From Nitrosopumilaceae archaeon (GTDB taxonomy: Archaea; Thermoproteota; Nitrososphaeria; Nitrososphaerales; Nitrosopumilaceae), in the NCBI GenBank assembly GCA_035685445.1, contig DASSAK010000008.1:13131-77130 (forward strand): a stretch of DNA of 64,000 nucleotides. The letters are read 5' to 3'. Under the pieces are notes generated by a model, which saw only the letters and a list, made by a program, of their open reading frames with translations, was not told the origin of the DNA and ran no database searches. Position numbers and translations under genes: made by a program. Below are positions 17,603 to 26,277 of this stretch, piece after piece. How positions within the stretch are numbered: the stretch's first letter is position 1; the number at the start of each line of letters is the position of its first letter.

Positions 17603-18984
17603 TTTGAAACACTCCTTAACCATTTCAAGTTGTTGTTGTAAAACTCTCTAACATCATCTAGTCCATACTTTAGCATCGCAATTCTTTCGATTCCTCCTCC
17701 CCACGCTAGGACAGGTTTTGTGATTCCAAGAGGTTTAGTAACTTCTGGTCTGAAAATTCCCATTCCAAATAATTCTACCCATTTATCTAATCTTTCATTG
17801 TACACCATGGATTGTAATGATGGTTCAGTGTATGGGAAAAATGTTGGCCAGAATTTTACTTTGTTAAGACCCATCCTTTTGTAAAATTCTTGTTGAATTC
17901 CCATCAAATCACGTAATGTGGTATTTTTTCCAACAACTACTCCTTCAATTTGATTAAATTCAACTAGATGTTTGTAGCTAACTTTTTCATTACGAAAAAC
18001 TCTACCTAATGAAAAAACTCTTGCTTCATCTGGTTTGTTTTCAGCTAAATGTTTGATTGTAACACAAGTAGTATGTGTTCTTAAGACCATTTTTCGCGCT
18101 TCATCAATACTCCAAAGATATCTCCATTCTTTTTTGTGAATTTTTGAAACTTGCTGAATTTGTTTTTGAGTCGCAATTTTTTTTGATATTATTCCATCAA
18201 GATAGAATGTATCCTGCATTTCTCTTGCAGGATGATCTTGAGGCGTAAACAAAGCATCGAAATTCCAGAAACTAGGCTGGGTAAGGGTTCCAAGAATTTC
18301 GCTGAATCCAAGTGTGACAAAAATTTCTCTGATTTCATTAATTGTGTCCTTGAGAGGATGTGTTTTAGTAACAAAAACTTGTGGTGCAGCTGCTTCAACA
18401 TCAATGGCTTTTGAAGTATCAGTATCTTCAGAAATTTTAATTTTTTCAGTCAAAGAAATTTTTTGAGACTTTTCAATCTCTTCGGTGATAAAGTTTGGTC
18501 TTTTTTTGAGTGATTCTAAGGCATATTTATCTTCTATTTCCTCAATGAGAACTCTACCAGTTCCAATTTTTTTGATAATTTTTTCTTCCGGTGTTTCGGG
18601 GGGGATATTTTTTAATGAAACGGTTTCTCCATCAGTTTCAACCCAATTATTTTTTCTTGCTATGCCCATTGCAGGACCAAAAATTGATGGTAACTCTTTT
18701 TTTAATTCATTTAATTTCTTTGGTCCGTTTTTTAAAAGATTAAGTAATTTTCTTTCAGGCAAACCTTTAGCATTTGCCTCCAATCCATTTTCACCGAGTC
18801 TGAGATAGACATGTTTTGATTCTTCAATATTTGCTAAATTTTTTAGCTTAAGCCATTCAATTCCCCTTCTAACTTGATCAGGAGTTAAGCCAGTAGAGTT
18901 GCCAATTTTTTCTGGAGTTTGTTTTGGGTTATCATTTAACAATCGGATAATTTTTTTTTCAATCTCATGAAAAACTTGAGACAT
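17593..18984 (-). CDS. pheS: phenylalanyl-tRNA synthetase alpha subunit
   Basis: Class II motifs: FRNEKVSYKHLVEFNQIEG (motif 2 region) and GGGIERIAMLKYG (motif 3). Confidence 0.9.
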   Translation of the reverse strand: MSQVFHEIEKKIIRLLNDNPKQTPEKIGNSTGLTPDQVRRGIEWLKLKNLANIEESKHVYLRLGENGLEANAKGLPERKLLNLLKNGPKKLNELKKELPSIFGPAMGIARKNNWVETDGETVSLKNIPPETPEEKIIKKIGTGRVLIEEIEDKYALESLKKRPNFITEEIEKSQKISLTEKIKISEDTDTSKAIDVEAAAPQVFVTKTHPLKDTINEIREIFVTLGFSEILGTLTQPSFWNFDALFTPQDHPAREMQDTFYLDGIISKKIATQKQIQQVSKIHKKEWRYLWSIDEARKMVLRTHTTCVTIKHLAENKPDEARVFSLGRVFRNEKVSYKHLVEFNQIEGVVVGKNTTLRDLMGIQQEFYKRMGLNKVKFWPTFFPYTEPSLQSMVYNERLDKWVELFGMGIFRPEVTKPLGITKPVLAWGGGIERIAMLKYGLDDVREFYNNNLKWLRSVSKCQ

Positions 18985-19036
18985 CAGCAGTGAGTTCGAA
19001 AAAGACTTTTTAAACCTTAACCTAAGTCATTCATGA

Positions 19037-20149
19037 ATGTCGACTGATGATTTTGTTGTAACCCCCTGGTATGTGGAAGGGGAAATTGATTATGATAAAT
19101 TAATCAAACGATTTGGAACTCAAAAAATTTCAGATCAGCTTTTGAATAGAATAAAAAAAATTGCTGGGGAAGATCACTTTATGCTAAGAAGAGGAATCTT
19201 CTTTTCTCATAGAGATATGAATCGAATTTTAGATGAAGTTGAAAAAGGAAACAAGTTTTTTCTATATACTGGTCGAGGCCCTTCGGGTCATACTCACATA
19301 GGTCATTTAGTACCATGGGTTTTTGCAAAATGGCTTCAAGATAGATTTGGAGTGAATATGTATTTTCAGTTAACTGATGATGAGAAATTTTTTTCAAAGC
19401 AAAACTTGAAACTTGAAGAGACAAAAAAATTTGCTTATGAGAATGCTCTTGATTTTATTGCATTAGGATTCAAACCAGAAAATACCAAAATAATAATTGA
19501 TACTGAAAATATCAAAGAACTCTACCCAATAGCTGCTGAAGTTGCAAAAAAAATCAATTTTTCAAACACTAAAGCGGTTTTTGGATTTACAAATGATACA
19601 AACATTGGAATGATTTTCTATACATCTTTACAGTCAGCACCATGCTTTATTGAAAATAAACCAGTTCTCATTCCACTTGGTGTAGATCAAGATCCTCATT
19701 TCAGACTAACAAGAGATGTTGCACCAAAAATTGGGAAAGAAAAGCCTGCCATAATACACAATATTATGATTCCAAGTTTGCAAGGACCTGGTGGAAAAAT
19801 GTCAGCATCAGAAGACAACACTACCATTTACACTACAGATACTCCAGATGTTGTGAAAAATAAAATCAATAAATATGCATTTTCAGGTGGACAGCCAGAT
19901 GTTGAACAACATAGAAAATTAGGCGGTAACCCCGACATCGATGTATCATATCAATATCTTAGAATTTTCTTTGAGCCCAACGATAACGCATTAAAGAAAA
20001 TTTATGAAGATTACAAATCAGGTAAATTGTTAACAGGAGAGCTAAAAGCAATTTTAATTGAAAAAATTAATGATTTTCTCAAGGTGCACCAAGCAAAACG
20101 TGAAAAAGCAAGAGATCAAGTAAACAAATTTCTTTTTGAAAGCAAATGA
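19037..20149 (+). CDS. trpS: tryptophanyl-tRNA synthetase (archaeal/eukaryotic type)
   Basis: YTGRGPSGHTHIGHLVPW and KMSASEDNTTIYTTD closely resemble the eukaryote/archaeal TrpRS HIGH and KMSAS regions. Confidence 0.85.
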   Translation: MSTDDFVVTPWYVEGEIDYDKLIKRFGTQKISDQLLNRIKKIAGEDHFMLRRGIFFSHRDMNRILDEVEKGNKFFLYTGRGPSGHTHIGHLVPWVFAKWLQDRFGVNMYFQLTDDEKFFSKQNLKLEETKKFAYENALDFIALGFKPENTKIIIDTENIKELYPIAAEVAKKINFSNTKAVFGFTNDTNIGMIFYTSLQSAPCFIENKPVLIPLGVDQDPHFRLTRDVAPKIGKEKPAIIHNIMIPSLQGPGGKMSASEDNTTIYTTDTPDVVKNKINKYAFSGGQPDVEQHRKLGGNPDIDVSYQYLRIFFEPNDNALKKIYEDYKSGKLLTGELKAILIEKINDFLKVHQAKREKARDQVNKFLFESK

Positions 20150-20427
20150 AAACACAAATTTCTTGTCAAGACAAATACGAAGCCCAAAAACTTTCACACC
20201 TACTTTTTACTGAAGGTAATAAAGATGCGTATATTTCACAAATTTTGAATGTTGTAGATAATGAGGTTGTTGTCTCACTAAAAGACAAATCAGCACACAG
20301 TATTCTTTTTAAGAGTGTTCAAGACGTAGAAATGTTTGCTGACTTTCTTCAATCGGTATTAGAAAAAAAACACAAAATTGTAGAAACTAAAACAATTAAT
20401 GAAAAAATTGAAATTGTAAAAGAATGA
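20146..20427 (+). CDS. hypothetical protein
   Basis: 93-aa ORF whose ATG overlaps the trpS stop (ATGA), suggesting co-translation. Confidence 0.4.
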   Translation: MKTQISCQDKYEAQKLSHLLFTEGNKDAYISQILNVVDNEVVVSLKDKSAHSILFKSVQDVEMFADFLQSVLEKKHKIVETKTINEKIEIVKE

Positions 20428-20429
20428 AA

Positions 20430-20759
20430 CTAGACTAGGGATTTATCCACTTCACTTTCCATTATTTCCTGAACTTTGAGAAAATATAGTTTAGTTGAAT
20501 ATGGCATATGTTCTAAATTTTTTTCAACGGCCATCATAAAATATTGAACTGCGCGTTTTGAAATATCTAGATTGAATTTCATTTGCAATATTGGATCCTG
20601 TTTTACCTTAATTTTATCATGTAGCCATGTTGGAGCCATCTCTTTTGTTTCTTTGATAATTTTACCATACCAGAAGACAAGGTTTTCAGGATGTAGACCT
20701 TCTTGCAGGTTTGTTACGTCATTATCAATTTGCTTCATCATATGATTGATTATTGGCAT
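20430..20759 (-). CDS. hypothetical protein
   Basis: 109-aa ORF with no recognisable motif. Confidence 0.4.
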   Translation of the reverse strand: MPIINHMMKQIDNDVTNLQEGLHPENLVFWYGKIIKETKEMAPTWLHDKIKVKQDPILQMKFNLDISKRAVQYFMMAVEKNLEHMPYSTKLYFLKVQEIMESEVDKSLV

Positions 20760-20823
20760 GAATACGTGTAGAAATTTTTTGTTTTATCAGACTTACTCAA
20801 ACATTGAAAAGTTACTTGTCAAT

Positions 20824-21288
20824 TCAAGGCAAGTTTCCTTGAGGATCAATTTCTGAATTTTTAATTCGCGATGTGGAAATTCTTTTTCCATCTTTAGCCA
20901 AGACCATTGGAACCACAATTACATCAACTTTAGGAAGATTTTTTTCAGTTCTAAGCTTGTTAAGAAAATCTCCTTGAGAACTTGTTTCATCGCTTGTAAC
21001 CAAAGCTTGTACCTCACCTTCAAGAACGGCAGGGCCAAAATCATTCTCAAGTTTACTAATTCTAAATGAAGAACCAGGAAAATTTTTTTCAATGATTGAG
21101 GTTAGTGTTATTAGTCTTGTGGGATAATCATTAATTGTCTTTTTTCCTTTTTTAGCTGCAAGCTCATCACTAGTTAATCCGATAATTACGGTGGAAGAAA
21201 TCTCAAACGCTTTTTTTAATAATTCAATATGTCCTTTATGGATTATATCAAAAGTACCACCGGTTGCAACAAGTTTGTATTTTGGCAT
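20824..21288 (-). CDS. coaD: cytidylyltransferase-family protein, probable archaeal phosphopantetheine adenylyltransferase
   Basis: 154 aa with ATGGTFDIIHKGHIELLKKA, the (H/T)xGH nucleotidyltransferase motif. Size fits archaeal PPAT. Confidence 0.65.
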   Translation of the reverse strand: MPKYKLVATGGTFDIIHKGHIELLKKAFEISSTVIIGLTSDELAAKKGKKTINDYPTRLITLTSIIEKNFPGSSFRISKLENDFGPAVLEGEVQALVTSDETSSQGDFLNKLRTEKNLPKVDVIVVPMVLAKDGKRISTSRIKNSEIDPQGNLP

Positions 21289-21321
21289 TATTTGGTATTA
21301 TATTCTTCAAAAATAAATTAG

Positions 21322-22434
21322 CTAGGTTACAAGAATTAGAATTATTGGACCTTTTGATGCAAGAGGGATTCCGTTTGGATCCCACACGAATGTTTCAACA
21401 AAATACAATCCTGTTTTTTGTGGCGTCCACTTTATAGAGGGAAATTGAACTTCTGCTGAGCTAAATGAACCCTCTGTAATTCCAAGAAATTCAACAAACG
21501 CTTTTTCGCCAGATTGCTTTACTTGGATATAATATCTGTAGGGTTGTTCTCCTATTTCTTGGTCTTCAGAATACTGAATTCCAACTTTACTTTTTATGGT
21601 AATTCTATTTCCGACAGAAACATCGGTTAGTTTGTTTCCATCATCATCTTCAATTACAACATCGTGAATTGTTGCAAGTTTTGTTAATGCCTTATATTGT
21701 GAAATCACAGCATTGTGAATATTAGAATAATAATTTGTTGATTCTGCAAAAACTTTGTAACCCAAAGAGCGTGAATCAAATCTTTCATTAAATTCAAAAT
21801 CCGTACTAGAATTTGCGCCCAGTGGTTCTTCAAGATCAATTGTTGCAATACCTAAAATTCTAGGTGGCTTGAAAGCATCAAAAAATGCAACATGTATTTT
21901 GGTTTGAGATGCATCTATTGTGGCTTTGTTTGTGATTGTCCCTGAAATTTTGATTTTTTCTCCAATTTCTGTAATTTCAGAATCTACAACAAGTTGTTGA
22001 TTTTTTGGGGATGCTGATGTAAAACCAAGAAGGTTTACTGAGACACCAGTAATAGCCGCATTTGGGGTTGGGGATTTTATCATATATGGGGATTTACCAA
22101 GAGGCGGAATTACATCTAGTAAAGTTGTACCAATTGCGGTTTCAAGAGGTTGTTCATTAACATCATCATAAAATCCACCCCACACCTTTACTTGAGTAAT
22201 TGGGAAGTTTTTCAGATTTTCAATTTCTCCAACTATTATGGTATGTCCATCAGAGTCTTTGAAATTATACGGTGTAAAGCTAGTCAGTGTAATTCCATAC
22301 TGTGATGGTTGATCAGTTTTTTGAGAAAAACTAGAACTGATTGGAAACAACAAAAATGCAAAAAATACAATCAGTATGATTCTTTTCATATCTTCAAATT
22401 TATTCAAAGTGTTTAATTTTGTACGATATATCAT
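21322..22434 (-). CDS. secreted hypothetical protein
   Basis: 370 aa. Signal-like segment RIILIVFFAFLLFPISSSFS, beta-rich composition. Confidence 0.5.
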   Translation of the reverse strand: MIYRTKLNTLNKFEDMKRIILIVFFAFLLFPISSSFSQKTDQPSQYGITLTSFTPYNFKDSDGHTIIVGEIENLKNFPITQVKVWGGFYDDVNEQPLETAIGTTLLDVIPPLGKSPYMIKSPTPNAAITGVSVNLLGFTSASPKNQQLVVDSEITEIGEKIKISGTITNKATIDASQTKIHVAFFDAFKPPRILGIATIDLEEPLGANSSTDFEFNERFDSRSLGYKVFAESTNYYSNIHNAVISQYKALTKLATIHDVVIEDDDGNKLTDVSVGNRITIKSKVGIQYSEDQEIGEQPYRYYIQVKQSGEKAFVEFLGITEGSFSSAEVQFPSIKWTPQKTGLYFVETFVWDPNGIPLASKGPIILILVT

Positions 22435-22520
22435 AATGTCAACAAGGTAGGTTAGAAGGTTTAACCTAATAGAATCTTAGATTAGAAAATAAGAAAAAGA
22501 AGTTATGAATTAAAATAATT

Positions 22521-22622
22521 TTATCTTCGTTTTGCTGTAATGACAAGCCAGTAAACTAATCCTGGAGCCAAACCAACAATAAGAGGAATCCATACAGGCC
22601 ATCCATCTGCTGCTGTTGCCAT
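22521..22622 (-). CDS. candidate 33-aa single-pass membrane micro-protein
   Basis: Below the ORF-track cutoff. MATAADGWPVWIPLIVGLAPGLVYWLVITAKRR. A TTTAAATA element lies about 25 nt upstream of the ATG, the spacing expected for a leaderless archaeal mRNA. Confidence 0.35.
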   Translation of the reverse strand: MATAADGWPVWIPLIVGLAPGLVYWLVITAKRR

Positions 22623-22703
22623 GTGTTTCAGACCCTAACTTATCCTATTTAAATCCATCTTGGATTATGAAATCCCGAACTGATCGCTATAAAAAAATTG
22701 TAA

Positions 22704-22777
22704 TGGACTGAGAGGGATTTGAACCCTCGACCCCCCGCGTGCAAGGCGGGTATACTACCAGTCTATACTATCAGCCC
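22704..22777 (-). tRNA. tRNA-Ala(UGC)
   Basis: GGGCTGA-TA-GTAT-AGACTGGTA-GTAT-A-CCCGC-CTTGCAC-GCGGG-GGGTC-GAGGG-TTCAAAT-CCCTC-TCAGTCC-A. The G3-U70 alanine identity pair is present. Confidence 0.9.
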
Positions 22778-22815
22778 TGGCTTTGATGAATTCCGTGTAG
22801 ATTTTAATTGTTGTC

Positions 22816-23409
22816 TTGGCAAAGATTTTATTTGCTATTTTGTGTTTTTTGTTTATGGTTTTATTAGAGTCACAAATTAAACTAAAGACTGGAGATAAAG
22901 CGCCTGATTTTGATTTAATGGGGATTGATGACAAAAGGCATTCACTAAATGACTATAAGGATTATGATGCTTTGCTTGTACTTTTCATTTGTAATCACTG
23001 TCCTTATGTAAAAGCTAAAGTTGATGCAATCAAAGAAATTCATGAAAAATTCAAAGACAAAGTTGCACTTGTTGGAATAAACAGCAATGACCCAACCAAC
23101 TACCCCGATGACAGTTTTGAAAACATGAAAAAAACTGCCCAAGAAAAAGGAATAAAATTTGATTATCTGGTTGATGATACTCAAGAAGTTGCCAAAAAAT
23201 ATGGGGCCATTTGTACTCCAGATCCATTTCTTTTCAACAAGGAAAGAAAACTTGTTTTTCATGGAAGAATTGATAATGCAATGAAGCCAGAAGACACTGC
23301 AACTGAAAAAACCATGATAAAAAATATTGAAAAGTTACTTGCTGGAGAAAAAATTGAAAAGGATTTTGATCCTTCTATTGGATGTTCCATCAAGTGGAAA
23401 GAAAATTAA
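22816..23409 (+). CDS. thioredoxin-fold protein (redoxin / AhpC-TSA-like)
   Basis: LLVLFICNHCPYVKA contains a CxxC-type active-site motif (CNHC) in a thioredoxin-like context. N-terminal hydrophobic segment. TTG start per the track. Confidence 0.65.
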   Translation: MAKILFAILCFLFMVLLESQIKLKTGDKAPDFDLMGIDDKRHSLNDYKDYDALLVLFICNHCPYVKAKVDAIKEIHEKFKDKVALVGINSNDPTNYPDDSFENMKKTAQEKGIKFDYLVDDTQEVAKKYGAICTPDPFLFNKERKLVFHGRIDNAMKPEDTATEKTMIKNIEKLLAGEKIEKDFDPSIGCSIKWKEN

Positions 23410-23441
23410 ACTTAAATGACTGCTTCAAAGGAATTTTCTGA

Positions 23442-23530
23442 GGGCCGGTAGCTCAGCTTGGCTGGAGCGTTCGACTGATAAATCTACTTCAGACATCGAA
23501 AGGTCGTGAGTTCGAATCTCACTCGGCCCA
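23442..23530 (+). tRNA. tRNA-Ile(GAU) with a 14-nt canonical intron
   Basis: GGGCCGG...TTCGA-CTGATA[intron]A-TCGAA-AGGTC-GTGAG-TTCGAAT-CTCAC-TCGGCCC-A. Anticodon GAT at 23477-23479. Confidence 0.9.
23481..23494 (+). other. tRNA-Ile intron (37/38)
   Basis: Helix CTGA/TCAG is flanked by 3-nt bulges TAA and ACA next to the anticodon stem, a textbook bulge-helix-bulge arrangement. Confidence 0.8.
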
Positions 23531-24430
23531 TTATTTTGTTTCTGAACTTTCAAAAGTTGTCTGGCACCATTGAACGATATCCATTGGTTTTTCTGAAATT
23601 AAATCAGCTTTTAGCCGAGTCTTTTTACCAACTTTTCCACACAATACTAAAAATAACTTTTTTCTAATATTTTCTTTAACAGAGTTTACTGCTTCTGAAA
23701 AAAAATTCAAACCTTCCTCAGTATCTGAAAAAACTACAACAATCATTATTCCAGTTTTTTGTTTCCATATTTTGCCAAGAAATTTCTGCAAGTCCAAATC
23801 AAACAAAACATCTATGGAAGAAGACATGTCTCCCAATGAGGAAACTTTCCAACTATCTGAATGAAATGCCGCAGCCGTTGCATCAGAAAGTAGGACGCTT
23901 TTTGTGTCAGCAGCCAACACAATGACGTTCTTTTTTGGATTTTCTTCAACTGAAATTAAATTTAAAATTTGAATAGAATTTGAAATTATTTTACTAAGAT
24001 GTTTTTCTTCCGAGTTTCCAATTTTGCCATCCTTGTAAAGTTTTTGGGTTGATTCAATTGCAGGAATAATAATTTCTGTTGCAATTTTTTGAATCTCAGC
24101 TTCTGAACGAATGCAATTACGAATTAGGTTGTATGCTTCGTGTTCTGAACCCTCAGCTAGACATTCAATGAATTTTTCTTTTACTTTGTAATAGTCATCA
24201 GGAAATTGAAACTGCTCTGAACCTTCTTCAATAAACCAGAGATTTACATTTCCAATTTTTTTTTCTCGAATTATTCCTTCCGCTGCAAAAACATTCAGAT
24301 ATTTTGTAATTGTGATTCTATTGACTCCAAGTTTTTCTGCTATCTCAACTCCGGACATTCCAGTTTTGGAATCCTGTAATACATCAACCAGTTTTTGTTT
24401 AATTTCATCTGTTTGGTATCCTCGAGCCAT
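23531..24430 (-). CDS. winged-helix DNA-binding regulator with an uncharacterised C-terminal sensor-like domain
   Basis: The N-terminus GMSGVEIAEKLGVNRITITKYLNVFAAEGIIREKK is a classic wHTH. The C-terminal alpha/beta part resembles B12-binding-type domains but I cannot find the His-containing motif. The stop codon directly abuts the tRNA-Ile 3' end. Confidence 0.55.
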   Translation of the reverse strand: MARGYQTDEIKQKLVDVLQDSKTGMSGVEIAEKLGVNRITITKYLNVFAAEGIIREKKIGNVNLWFIEEGSEQFQFPDDYYKVKEKFIECLAEGSEHEAYNLIRNCIRSEAEIQKIATEIIIPAIESTQKLYKDGKIGNSEEKHLSKIISNSIQILNLISVEENPKKNVIVLAADTKSVLLSDATAAAFHSDSWKVSSLGDMSSSIDVLFDLDLQKFLGKIWKQKTGIMIVVVFSDTEEGLNFFSEAVNSVKENIRKKLFLVLCGKVGKKTRLKADLISEKPMDIVQWCQTTFESSETK

Positions 24431-24543
24431 ATTGGATTACACTTGAAGTATTGTATAAAGACTAATTCTTGATTCCAAGCACAAAATTCTAAACAACAAA
24501 TGTTTTATACTAGGTACTTTAAAGTACGGTAAGGAAAGGTAAA

Positions 24544-24930
24544 TTGCCAAAAGAAGGTTTCAAATCAATCACCGTTTCAGAAACAGTCTATAACAAGTTC
24601 TTTGATGTTTATCAAAAAAATAAAGAAGACCTTGTAATGAAAGGCGTTAACAGCTTTTCAGGTTATGTTACTTACATGTTAGAGGAGATGATGCAAAAGG
24701 ACAAAACCTTTGCAAGATATGCTCCAAAAATTGAAAAGATTTCAGTTGATGAAGACAGAGTTATTCTAAAGGATACTATTGAAAATAGAATTGCCGAGGT
24801 CGCAGTACAAAGGGGAGAGCTATTCTGCCAACTATGTGAAGACAAGAATTGTGTTCATGTTGGATTTGCCTGGGCAATTCCAGAAGTTTACGAAATTTTA
24901 AACGCCAAAGGAATCAAGCGTCCAAAATAG
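24544..24930 (+). CDS. hypothetical protein, possible ribbon-helix-helix N-terminus and a Cys/His cluster
   Basis: KSITVSETVYNKFFDVYQKNKEDL resembles the CopG-like strand-helix pattern. CQLCEDKNCVH could bind metal. Confidence 0.4.
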   Translation: MPKEGFKSITVSETVYNKFFDVYQKNKEDLVMKGVNSFSGYVTYMLEEMMQKDKTFARYAPKIEKISVDEDRVILKDTIENRIAEVAVQRGELFCQLCEDKNCVHVGFAWAIPEVYEILNAKGIKRPK

Positions 24931-24981
24931 ATCAAGTGGAGGAGGTGGGATTTGAACCCACGAACCCCTAAGAGACGGGAT

Positions 24982-24997
24982 CACCCATTTTTATGAT
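24982..24997 (-). other. tRNA-Leu intron 2 (16 nt), canonical 37/38
   Basis: Helix CTTA/TGGG (two G-U pairs) with bulges AGA and TGA next to the anticodon stem. Confidence 0.75.
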
Positions 24998-25011
24998 CTT
25001 AAGTCCCGCGT

Positions 25012-25034
25012 GTCCAAAAACTGAAAACAGTTTT
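25012..25034 (-). other. tRNA-Leu intron 1 (23 nt) inside the 3' strand of the D stem
   Basis: Perfect 4-bp helix CCAA(25037-25040)/TTGG(25014-25017), 3-nt bulges AGA and ACA, and an inner 6-bp hairpin AAACTG-TTTT-CAGTTT. Confidence 0.75.
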
Positions 25035-25155
25035 CTTTGGCCAGGCTTGACTACTCCTCCGCTCAAAATAGCAAAAAGATGCTGGAAATTTAACAGTTGA
25101 GTTTTTTCAAAAATTAATCAAGAATTATAAGGATTTTCTACAACCGGAACATATC

Positions 25156-25229
25156 GCTTCGATAGCTCAGCCTGGTAGAGCGTTACCTTGGTAAGGTAAA
25201 GGTCGCGGGTCCGGATCCCGCTCGAAGCT
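25156..25229 (+). tRNA. tRNA-Thr(GGU)
   Basis: GCTTCGA-TA-GCTC-AGCCTGGTA-GAGC-G-TTACC-TTGGTAA-GGTAA-AGGTC-GCGGG-TCCGGAT-CCCGC-TCGAAGC-T. The T loop is unusual (TCC instead of TTC). Confidence 0.88.
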
Positions 25230-26093
25230 TTAATAATTTTTTATCAATAATTCAGAATGACCAGTTCGTTTTCTAGAATTAGAATTAATTGCACGATTTG
25301 CTTCTATTTCAAAAACCTTCCAAGAGTTATTTGAGAATGTTTTGAGAACATCTTCTGAATTTGAATTTGATAGCATGAATTTGCATCCTTCAGAATCTAG
25401 TTTTTTACATAGTTTAAGGAGTCGTTTAAGATCATCATATGTGAAATCTCGATTTGTGTAGCTAGTGAAATTTGCAGTAGAGCTAACTGGTTGGTATGGA
25501 GGATCAAAATATACAAAATCATCTTTTTTTACATCATCCAAAGTTGCTGAAAAATCCCTACAGTTGATTTGAATTTTTTTAGATTTTAGAGCAGAGCTGA
25601 CAGAGCGAAGGTTTTCCTCGTTTACAATATTTGGATTTGTATACCGACCCAATGGAACATTGAATTTTCCCTTACTGTTAACTCGGTATAATCCATTAAA
25701 ACAGGTTCGATTTAGGAAAATGAGTCTTGATGTTTTTTCCACCTGGTTTTTTGGATCTGACTCTCTAACATCATAATAGTAGGATTTTTTATTTTTGAAA
25801 TATTTTCTAGAGTGAGATTTTAGAGATGAAATCAGTTCATCAACTTTGTCTCTGATTGTGACATATGCTAAAACCAAATCAGAGTTTAGATCAGATACAA
25901 TGCATTTTTGTTTTGGATGATTTGTTACCACATGAAACAGCATTGCGCCTCCTCCCAAAAATGGCTCAAAAAATGTACCATAATTATCTGGAAGGTGCTG
26001 ATTCAGAATTGGAATTAATTGTCTTTTTCCACCTGCCCATTTTACAAAGGGTTTCGGATATGATGTTGCAATCTGGGTATATTCCTGTTTCAC
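25230..26093 (-). CDS. dam: DNA adenine methyltransferase, Dam/D12 class (N6-adenine)
   Basis: FVKWAGGKRQLIPIL near the N-terminus, FEPFLGGGA SAM-binding loop and the FDPPY catalytic motif. No adjacent endonuclease gene. Confidence 0.85.
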   Translation of the reverse strand: MKQEYTQIATSYPKPFVKWAGGKRQLIPILNQHLPDNYGTFFEPFLGGGAMLFHVVTNHPKQKCIVSDLNSDLVLAYVTIRDKVDELISSLKSHSRKYFKNKKSYYYDVRESDPKNQVEKTSRLIFLNRTCFNGLYRVNSKGKFNVPLGRYTNPNIVNEENLRSVSSALKSKKIQINCRDFSATLDDVKKDDFVYFDPPYQPVSSTANFTSYTNRDFTYDDLKRLLKLCKKLDSEGCKFMLSNSNSEDVLKTFSNNSWKVFEIEANRAINSNSRKRTGHSELLIKNY

Positions 26094-26277
26094 CCATCAT
26101 TCTTTTGAAATTCTTTATTGTAGAAATTAAGTTGTAAAAGATTACAACCTGTACAATATTTTTTTATCAACCACAGAATAGGTTAAATACAAATTTCGTT
26201 TGAAACCAATTTTAGAAAATTTTCAAGAAATCGCTTTAGAGGATTCTAATAAAATGAAAAGGAAGGTTTGGAATTGT

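Larger units (their letters stand above)
24937..25060 (-). tRNA. tRNA-Leu(UAA), class II, with two introns
   Basis: Spliced form: GGAGGAG-TA-GTC-AAGCCTGGCCAAA-GAC-G-CGGGA-CTTAAGA-TCCCG-TCTCTTAGGGGTTC-GTGGG-TTCAAAT-CCCAC-CTCCTCC-A (85 nt). Anticodon at 24999-25001. Confidence 0.85.
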
